Source of the DNA: an uncultured Pelagibacteraceae bacterium
GTDB taxonomy: Bacteria > Pseudomonadota > Alphaproteobacteria > Pelagibacterales > Pelagibacteraceae
NCBI GenBank assembly: GCA_902568465.1
Contig: CACFQR010000001.1
Location: 100,525 to 164,524 of the forward strand
Direction: 5' to 3'
DNA length: 64,000 bases
Below, one piece after another: positions 57,828 to 64,000 of this stretch. The position numbers were made by a program, and so were the translations under genes. Position 1 is the stretch's first letter. Each line of letters opens with the position of its first letter. Below the pieces are notes generated by a model. That model saw only the letters and a list, made by a program, of their open reading frames with translations, was not told where the DNA came from and did no database searches.

Positions 57828-58970
57828 TTAATTTTTCCAAAATCTTTTTGCTTTATTAAAAAAATCTTTAACAATTGGAGTTGATTTTTCATCTTCCAGC
57901 TTTTTAAATTGTTCTAACAGATTTTTTTGATCTTTAGTTAAAGATACAGGGACTTCAGTTAGTGTTTGAATATATAAGTCGCCATAATTTTTATTTCGCA
58001 TCATTGGCATACCTTTTCCTTTAAGTCTAAATTGTTTACCATTTTGTGTGCCAGCTGGTATTTTTACTTTTGCTTTTCCTCCATCAATAGTTGGTACTTC
58101 AATAGTGGCACCCAGAGCAGCATCAGCCAGGGAAATAGGAAATTCAAAAAAAAGATTTTCATCTGATCTTTTAAATATATTGTGATTTTCAACATTTATA
58201 AAAATATACAAATCTCCATTTCCACCACCCTTTATACCCGCTTCTCCTTTTCCTGATAATCTAATTCTCGTACCATCATCCACACCTTTGGGTATATTAG
58301 CAAATATCTTTTTCTTTGTTTGTTTTTTTCCTATGCCCCTACATTCTTTACATGGATTAGAAATTTGTTCACCTGATCCAGCACATTCAGGGCAAGTTTG
58401 TTGAATTGTAAAGAAACCCTGGCTTGATCTTACTTGTCCGTGTCCTCCACATGTTGAGCAGGAAATAGGTTTCGAGCCAGGTTCAGCACCAGACCCGCTG
58501 CATGTTTCACACTTATCTGAGGAAGAAAAATTAATTTCTTGTTTTTTTCCATTATATGCGTCTTCCAATGAGATAGATAAATCATATCGTAAATCTGACC
58601 CCCTGAAATCAGAATATCTTCTTCTTCCTCGTCTTCTCGTTTCTCCAAAACCATCAAAAAAATTATCAAAAATATCTGAACCAAATATGTCAGAGAAAGC
58701 ATTTGAAAAATCAAAATTTGAAAATCCTCCTCTACCACCAGCACCTTCGAAAGCAGCATGTCCAAATTGATCATAGTTTTTTCTACGACTATTATCAGAA
58801 AGAACATGGTAAGCTTCACTAGCTTCTTTAAACTTAGCTTCTGCAGTTTTGTCGTTTTTATTTCTATCGGGGTGATATTTTAAGGCTAGTTTTCTATACG
58901 CTTTTTTAATTTCATCAGCAGAAGATGTTTTCCCAACACCCAAGACTTCATAATAATCTCTTTTTGCCAT
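57828..58970 (-). CDS. dnaJ: Chaperone DnaJ
   Basis: J-domain HPD motif, a G/F region, and four CxxCxGxG zinc-finger repeats. Confidence 0.97.
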   Translation of the reverse strand: MAKRDYYEVLGVGKTSSADEIKKAYRKLALKYHPDRNKNDKTAEAKFKEASEAYHVLSDNSRRKNYDQFGHAAFEGAGGRGGFSNFDFSNAFSDIFGSDIFDNFFDGFGETRRRGRRRYSDFRGSDLRYDLSISLEDAYNGKKQEINFSSSDKCETCSGSGAEPGSKPISCSTCGGHGQVRSSQGFFTIQQTCPECAGSGEQISNPCKECRGIGKKQTKKKIFANIPKGVDDGTRIRLSGKGEAGIKGGGNGDLYIFINVENHNIFKRSDENLFFEFPISLADAALGATIEVPTIDGGKAKVKIPAGTQNGKQFRLKGKGMPMMRNKNYGDLYIQTLTEVPVSLTKDQKNLLEQFKKLEDEKSTPIVKDFFNKAKRFWKN

Positions 58971-59001
58971 ATTTTACCGACATCGGTTTATGTCTTAAGC
59001 C

Positions 59002-60942
59002 TTAGGCTCTTTTTTGTTTATCTTTATCTTTATCTTCTTTTACTTCTTCAAAATCTGCATCTACGACATTCTCTTTATTTTGATCTTTATCTTTAGCACT
59101 TTGACTTTGTTGAGCGCCTTTTGGGTCAGTATTTTTTTGTTGGCTTTTATATATAGCTTCTCCTAATTTCATAGAAACTTGTATTAAAGTTTGAGTTTTT
59201 TTCTTTACGTCCTCTATATCTGTGCCTTTAAGAGAGTTTCTTAGGTCAGAGATTGCGGATTCTATAGCTTTTTTATCTCCTTCAGAAATTTTACTTCCAT
59301 GTTCCTTTAAATTTTTTTCAGTAGTATGAATTATAGTATCAGCTTGATTTCTAGCATCTACTGTATCTCTTTTTTTCTTATCAGCTTCTTTATTTGCTTC
59401 AGCATCTTTTACCATATTTTTAATTTCTTCATCACTTAACCCTCCGGAAGCCTGAATTTGAATTTTTTGCTCCTTACCAGTGCCTTTATCTTTTGCAGAT
59501 ACGCTTACTATTCCATTTGCATCAATATCAAAAGTTACCTCTATTTGAGGTATTCCTCTTGGAGCATTTGGAATTCCTACCAATTCAAAGTTACCTAACA
59601 ACTTATTGTCAGCAGCCATTTCTCTTTCACCCTGCAAAACTCTAATAGAAACTGCGGGCTGATTGTCCTCTGCTGTTGAAAAGACCTGGCTTTTTTTGGT
59701 TGGTATTGTGGTATTTTTTTCTATAAGTTTCGTAGAAACTCCACCCAATGTTTCGATTCCTAGAGATAAAGGCGTTACATCTAAAAGAAGCACATCTTTA
59801 ACATCTCCCTGCAAAACTCCACCTTGTATTGCAGCTCCCATAGCTACTACCTCATCAGGGTTTACACTTTTGTTAGGCTCTTTTCCAAAGAAGGTTTTAA
59901 CAGTCTCCACTATTTTTGGCATTCTAGTCATGCCACCCACTAGCACTATCTCGTTTATCTCTGCTGCGCTAAATCCTGAGTCTTTTAAGGCTATCTCACA
60001 AGGTTTAAGAGTCCTTTTAATTAAATCTTCTACAAGAGCTTCCAACTTAGCTCTAGTTAATTTTATGTTTATGTGTTTAGGTCCTGTTTTATCGGCAGTA
60101 ATAAAGGGTAAGTTTATTTCAGTTTGAACAGCAGAAGAAAGTTCTATTTTTGCTTTTTCAGCAGCTTCCTTAAGCCTTTGAAGAGCTAATTTATCTGTTC
60201 TTAAGTCTATACCATTATCTTTTTTAAATTCATCTGCTAAGTAATTTACAATTTTATCATCAAAATCTTCACCGCCTAAAAACGTATCTCCATTTGTAGA
60301 TTTTACTTCAAATACACCGTCGCCGATTTCTAAAATGGAAACATCAAAAGTTCCACCACCTAAATCATAAACAGCTATTTTTTTTCCACCTTTTTTATCT
60401 AGGCCATATGCTAGAGAAGCTGCCGTTGGTTCATTTATAATTCTTAGTACTTCTAGGCCAGCAATTTTTCCTGCATCTTTAGTAGCTTGTCTTTGTGAAT
60501 CATTAAAGTATGCAGGTACCGTTATAACAGCTTGTTTTACTTCTTGGCCTAAATATTTTTCGGCAGTTTCTTTCATTTTTTGTAATATAAAAGCTGATAT
60601 TTGTGATGGTGAATATTTCTTGCCTCTTGATTCTAACCAAGCATCATTATTTTCAGACTTAATTATTTTATAAGGAGCTTTTTGAACATCTTTTTTGACA
60701 GTCTCATCATTAAAATTTCTACCAATTAATCTTTTAACTGCAAATAAAGTATTAGTCGGATTCGTTACAGCTTGTCTTTTTGCAGCTTGCCCAACTAATT
60801 TTTCATTATTATCACCAAATGCTACTACAGAAGGTGTTGTTCTAGCCCCCTCTGCATTTTCCAAAACTTTTGCTTGTGTACCTTCCATTACAGCTACACA
60901 TGAATTTGTTGTTCCTAAATCTATACCAATTACTCTACTCAT
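59002..60942 (-). CDS. dnaK: Chaperone DnaK (Hsp70)
   Basis: [18 protein letters not shown], and [10 protein letters not shown] motifs, full length. Confidence 0.98.
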   Translation of the reverse strand: MSRVIGIDLGTTNSCVAVMEGTQAKVLENAEGARTTPSVVAFGDNNEKLVGQAAKRQAVTNPTNTLFAVKRLIGRNFNDETVKKDVQKAPYKIIKSENNDAWLESRGKKYSPSQISAFILQKMKETAEKYLGQEVKQAVITVPAYFNDSQRQATKDAGKIAGLEVLRIINEPTAASLAYGLDKKGGKKIAVYDLGGGTFDVSILEIGDGVFEVKSTNGDTFLGGEDFDDKIVNYLADEFKKDNGIDLRTDKLALQRLKEAAEKAKIELSSAVQTEINLPFITADKTGPKHINIKLTRAKLEALVEDLIKRTLKPCEIALKDSGFSAAEINEIVLVGGMTRMPKIVETVKTFFGKEPNKSVNPDEVVAMGAAIQGGVLQGDVKDVLLLDVTPLSLGIETLGGVSTKLIEKNTTIPTKKSQVFSTAEDNQPAVSIRVLQGEREMAADNKLLGNFELVGIPNAPRGIPQIEVTFDIDANGIVSVSAKDKGTGKEQKIQIQASGGLSDEEIKNMVKDAEANKEADKKKRDTVDARNQADTIIHTTEKNLKEHGSKISEGDKKAIESAISDLRNSLKGTDIEDVKKKTQTLIQVSMKLGEAIYKSQQKNTDPKGAQQSQSAKDKDQNKENVVDADFEEVKEDKDKDKQKRA

Positions 60943-60963
60943 AAAATTTTTTCCTCGCTTTTC

Positions 60964-60992
60964 TATATGGGTGTTTTTTTAAATTGTACAAG
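60964..60992 (-). promoter_or_regulatory. Sigma32 (RpoH)-type heat-shock promoter candidate for dnaK-dnaJ
   Basis: The minus strand reads CTTGTA (60992-60987), a 14-nt spacer, then ACCCATATA (60972-60964). The E. coli consensus is CTTGAA-N13-15-CCCCATNTA. A GAGGA Shine-Dalgarno sequence and the ATG follow. Confidence 0.5.
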
Positions 60993-61004
60993 TTAAAAAA
61001 ACCT

Positions 61005-61580
61005 TTATTTTTCAGTATTTTTATCATTATCAGGTGTTTTTTTTACTTTTTCCTCAATTTTTTTAGTTACTCCTACAAAAGATGGTCTTAATAAACGGTC
61101 TTTCATCATGTAACCTTTCTGAATTTCTTGAACAACCGTTCCTGGTTCTTTTGCATTATTTTCCACTTCTAACATTGCCTGGTGAAAATTTGGATCAAAT
61201 TTTTTGTCAATACATTCTATTACTTCAATTCCATTTTTTTTAAAAATAGAAACTAAATCTTTTTTAACAATTTCAATTCCATCTATAATTTTATTTAAGT
61301 CTTTATTATTTTTTAAGCTTTCATCATTTTTAAAAGAATCTAAAGCACGATCTATATTATCTAAAAGGCCGAGAGACTCTCTTGCAAAATTAAATCCACC
61401 AAATTCAAAGGCCTCCTCTCTTTCTTTTTCAAATCTTCTTCTCTGATTTTCCATTTCGGCCATTGTTCTTAGTAATTTTTCTTCAGCGGTTTTAAGCTTG
61501 TCCTCAATTTTTTCTTCTTTTATTTCAGGATCTTTTTCTTCTTTTTGTAAATTTTTTTCTTTTTTATCTGATTTTGTCAT
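61005..61580 (-). CDS. grpE: Nucleotide exchange factor GrpE
   Basis: Coiled-coil N-terminus (R..AE.EN.RRR) and a C-terminal beta domain (KGY...DRLLRPSFVGV). Confidence 0.92.
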   Translation of the reverse strand: MTKSDKKEKNLQKEEKDPEIKEEKIEDKLKTAEEKLLRTMAEMENQRRRFEKEREEAFEFGGFNFARESLGLLDNIDRALDSFKNDESLKNNKDLNKIIDGIEIVKKDLVSIFKKNGIEVIECIDKKFDPNFHQAMLEVENNAKEPGTVVQEIQKGYMMKDRLLRPSFVGVTKKIEEKVKKTPDNDKNTEK

Positions 61581-61623
61581 TAGATTGATATATGGTTACT
61601 TAAAATAAAAATACTAGAGAAAA

Positions 61624-62220
61624 ATGAAGAAAATTAGAAAAATTTTAGTTGGAACTAATAATAGAGGAAAATACAAGGAAATATGCGGTTTACTTCCAAA
61701 AAAAATAAAGAAATATTCACCTAAAAAATTTAAAATTAAAAGTCCTAAAGAAGATGGAGCTAGTTTTAAAGAAAATTCTCTTATTAAAGCATCATATTTT
61801 TCAAAAAAAACAAACTTAATTTGTTTATCAGATGATTCTGGTTTGGAGATAGATGCTTTGCAAGGAAAACCTGGAATATACTCTTCTAGATGGGGAGGAA
61901 AAAAAAATAATTTCAATCTGGCAATTAAAAAGGTTTATTCAAAAATTAAAAAAATTGATAAAAAGTGGGAAAATAAAGATAAAGCAAAATTTATCTGTTG
62001 TTTAACAATTTTTTGGCCAGGTGGTAAAATTTATTCAGGCACGGGTATAATTAAGGGAAGAATATCTAAATCAAAAAAAGGAAAAAAAGGTTTTGGTTAT
62101 GATCCAATATTTATACCCAATGGATTTAAACAAACTTTCGGTCAAATGAACCAAAAATTAAAAATGTCAATAGACCATAGATATAAAGCTTATACTAAAA
62201 TAAAAAGTTTTTTTAATTAA
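61624..62220 (+). CDS. rdgB: Non-canonical purine NTP pyrophosphatase (dITP/XTP), RdgB/HAM1 family
   Basis: LVGTNNRGKYKE, SDDSGLEIDAL, FGYDPIF, and the SIDHRYKA motif. Confidence 0.9.
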   Translation: MKKIRKILVGTNNRGKYKEICGLLPKKIKKYSPKKFKIKSPKEDGASFKENSLIKASYFSKKTNLICLSDDSGLEIDALQGKPGIYSSRWGGKKNNFNLAIKKVYSKIKKIDKKWENKDKAKFICCLTIFWPGGKIYSGTGIIKGRISKSKKGKKGFGYDPIFIPNGFKQTFGQMNQKLKMSIDHRYKAYTKIKSFFN

Positions 62221-63388
62221 AAACCTTTTTAAATTTTTTCTTCGATATTTTATAAATTTTAAGTTTTTGTTTACTAAGATTTTCCTTAATTATAAACTCT
62301 GCATGCAGACCTTTAAAACCATTTTTGTTAAAAAGTTGGTTTTTTTGAAATTGTGAATTATTGTTGATCCAACAATAATATATTAATCCCAGCGCGTCAT
62401 AAGCTAATATAGAAACTTTGTTAGGTTTTTCACTGTATGTTTCAAAATATTTTTCATTAAATTTTTTTAAATTATTTAAATCAATAGATGGAAAGTGTAG
62501 ATTTTGCATAGCGCTTTCATTAAAAAAAGTTTCATCAAACCATTGATTTATAGTAAAAAAATCTACTTCATCGTTTGGTACATCTGAAAACATAAAAGAG
62601 GATAAAACACTTTTTAATCTTTCCCCAAAATCTATAATTACTACTGAATCAAAATTTACTTTACCCAAAGTATGCATTTGTTCTAATTTTTTTAACTCTT
62701 GTTGATCTTTATATTCATCTGATTTTTCAAGTTTTTTAATTCTTATTTTTAATTCTTGTTTCCTTTCTCGATACTTTGTTATTTTTTCTATATCACCAGT
62801 TATTTTTTTAGGGTTGGCATCGTATTTATAAACTCTATAAAATTTTAATAAATCCTTTTTAGCAATATTTTCTGATTGTTTAACAAATTCTGAATTAGGC
62901 GATAAAAGTAACGTTTTAGAAATTTTTATTTCTCTAAAATATTTTTCTAAGGCATCAATTTGTGACTCAATATTAATTCCAAAAGCTATTGTATTTTTTG
63001 GAATATTATCGGTTCGATTTGTTAAGGAGATAAAAGTAACATTATTTATTTCATTTAATCTTTCTAAACTTTCATAAAAAATAGGACCTATAACAATTTT
63101 AATACCTTCTTCTTCAAATTCTTTAGCTGATAAGTAAGTATCTAAAGAATTTGCTTTACTATCTTTGGGGTAGATTTTTATATTTTTATTTGAAATATCG
63201 TAAAGAGCAAGCTGAATAGCTTTCAAAAATGATTTTCCAGTATCTTGGAATTTTCCTGACAACGGAAGTAGAACACCTACTTTTAGCGTATTTTTATTTT
63301 CTATTATTCTTTCATCTTCAGCAGCTAAGGTGCTATTTATTGTAAATGATAAATAAGCTATTATTAAAAATGTAATCAATTTTTTCAT
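62213..63388 (-). CDS. Periplasmic-binding-fold lipoprotein, LppC/LpoA-like (penicillin-binding protein activator family)
   Basis: Signal peptide and a type-1 PBP-like start (LKVGVLLPLSGKFQDTGKSFLKAIQLAL). Divergent from rsmI, as in many proteobacteria. Confidence 0.55.
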   Translation of the reverse strand: MKKLITFLIIAYLSFTINSTLAAEDERIIENKNTLKVGVLLPLSGKFQDTGKSFLKAIQLALYDISNKNIKIYPKDSKANSLDTYLSAKEFEEEGIKIVIGPIFYESLERLNEINNVTFISLTNRTDNIPKNTIAFGINIESQIDALEKYFREIKISKTLLLSPNSEFVKQSENIAKKDLLKFYRVYKYDANPKKITGDIEKITKYRERKQELKIRIKKLEKSDEYKDQQELKKLEQMHTLGKVNFDSVVIIDFGERLKSVLSSFMFSDVPNDEVDFFTINQWFDETFFNESAMQNLHFPSIDLNNLKKFNEKYFETYSEKPNKVSILAYDALGLIYYCWINNNSQFQKNQLFNKNGFKGLHAEFIIKENLSKQKLKIYKISKKKFKKVFN

Positions 63389-63432
63389 AATTTAAATTAG
63401 CTTAATAACATAGTTTATAATTTAGGCATCAA

Positions 63433-64000
63433 ATGGACAAAAATAAACAACAAACATTTAGCACTGGGCTTTACTTGGTTTCTACCCCAATAGGAAATAT
63501 GGAAGATATAACGTATAGGGCACTTAGAGCGTTAAAAAATTCTGATATTATTTTATGTGAGGATACAAGAAGATCAATAAAACTTCTTACTCATTTTAAA
63601 ATTAAAAAAAAACTTTTGTCTTATCATAAATTTAATGAGGAAAAGGTCAGTGAAAAAGTTATTGATTATATAAAAAAAAACATGGTGGTTTCATTAATTT
63701 CTGATGCAGGCACACCAGGTATTTCAGATCCTGGCAAGGTACTATTAAATAAATGTATTGAAGAAAAAATAACAGTTTGTCCTATTCCTGGAGTGTCTGC
63801 TGTAACATCTGCTGTTAGCATTTCAGGCTTTAGTGATCAATATTTATTTTATGGATTTTTAACGAAAAAAGAAAAAGAACTAGAGAATTTATTTAAAAAT
63901 TTATGTAATATTGATTATTCATTAGTTTTTTTTATTCCTGCCAAAAATATTAATTTTTATTTATCAAAGTTTAAAAAATATTTTTTTGGTAGAAAAATTC
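63433..64000 (+). CDS. rsmI: 16S rRNA (cytidine1402-2'-O)-methyltransferase RsmI (partial; runs off the window end)
   Basis: Hand translation gives MDKNKQQTFSTGLYLVSTPIGNMEDITYRALRALKNSDIILCEDTRRSIKLL..., and the frame is open to position 64000. Confidence 0.85.
   Translation, partial: MDKNKQQTFSTGLYLVSTPIGNMEDITYRALRALKNSDIILCEDTRRSIKLLTHFKIKKKLLSYHKFNEEKVSEKVIDYIKKNMVVSLISDAGTPGISDPGKVLLNKCIEEKITVCPIPGVSAVTSAVSISGFSDQYLFYGFLTKKEKELENLFKNLCNIDYSLVFFIPAKNINFYLSKFKKYFFGRKI

Noticed and set aside
58430-58819. 129-aa ORF on the same strand as dnaJ in another frame. The same applies to other internal or antisense ORFs listed in the track, for example 6037-6327, 8850-9041, 9827-10045, 16879-17343, 19499-20239, 23145-23477, 28299-28754, 41233-41613, 43833-44243, 48557-49066, 49184-49531, 59663-60127, 60695-60982 and 61614-61916.
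   Set aside because: Each lies entirely inside a strongly supported conserved gene, has low-complexity or hydrophobic junk-like sequence, and has no recognisable family. These are typical shadow ORFs.
61581-61623. CCATATAT element upstream of grpE as a second sigma32 -10 box.
   Set aside because: It lies only 7 nt from the ATG, and no CTTGAA-like -35 element is found at the proper spacing.
1-64000. I searched for CRISPR arrays, rRNA genes, transposases, integrases, phage genes, toxin-antitoxin pairs and known defence-system genes.
   Set aside because: None were seen. There are no regularly spaced direct repeats, and every sizeable ORF is either a recognisable housekeeping gene or one of the few hypotheticals listed.

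Overview
The window is very AT-rich and very tightly packed. Many genes overlap by 4 bp (ATGA/GTGA) and most spacers are under 60 bp. Gene content and order are alphaproteobacterial, and the style fits a streamlined marine SAR11/Pelagibacterales-like chromosome; that assignment is inference from composition and synteny, not a search result. I support about 70 protein genes, almost all housekeeping:
- heme synthesis: hemD, hemC, hemE, hemH, hemJ
- histidine synthesis: hisB, hisA, hisF, hisE
- proteases and chaperones: hslVU, dnaK, dnaJ, grpE
- cell division, export and replication: ftsK, lolA, secB, dnaQ
- metabolism: coaE, aroE, maf, acs, rpe, purH, dapB, nth
- origin-proximal block: rho, mnmE, mnmG, rsmG, parA, parB, holA, lptE, leuS

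There is also one tRNA-Gly(GCC) and two clear intrinsic terminators. I saw no rRNA, CRISPR array, transposase, integrase or phage genes, and no convincing multi-gene defence or other novel system.

The observations most worth a second look:
1. The 277-bp hemE/DUF299 spacer is the position of the alphaproteobacterial replication origin, and a near-consensus parS lies inside rsmG.
2. An unannotated 41-codon ORF (55357-55482) carries an ArfA-like KKGKGS motif.
3. Four translationally coupled genes for a dioxygenase and three secreted proteins are inserted between hemH and hemJ.
4. Two tandem porin paralogs have conserved ends and divergent middles, with atypical composition.
5. A terminator/antiterminator-like leader precedes a compositionally atypical Na+/solute symporter.
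6. Acs has a poly-lysine N-terminus encoded by long A-runs.
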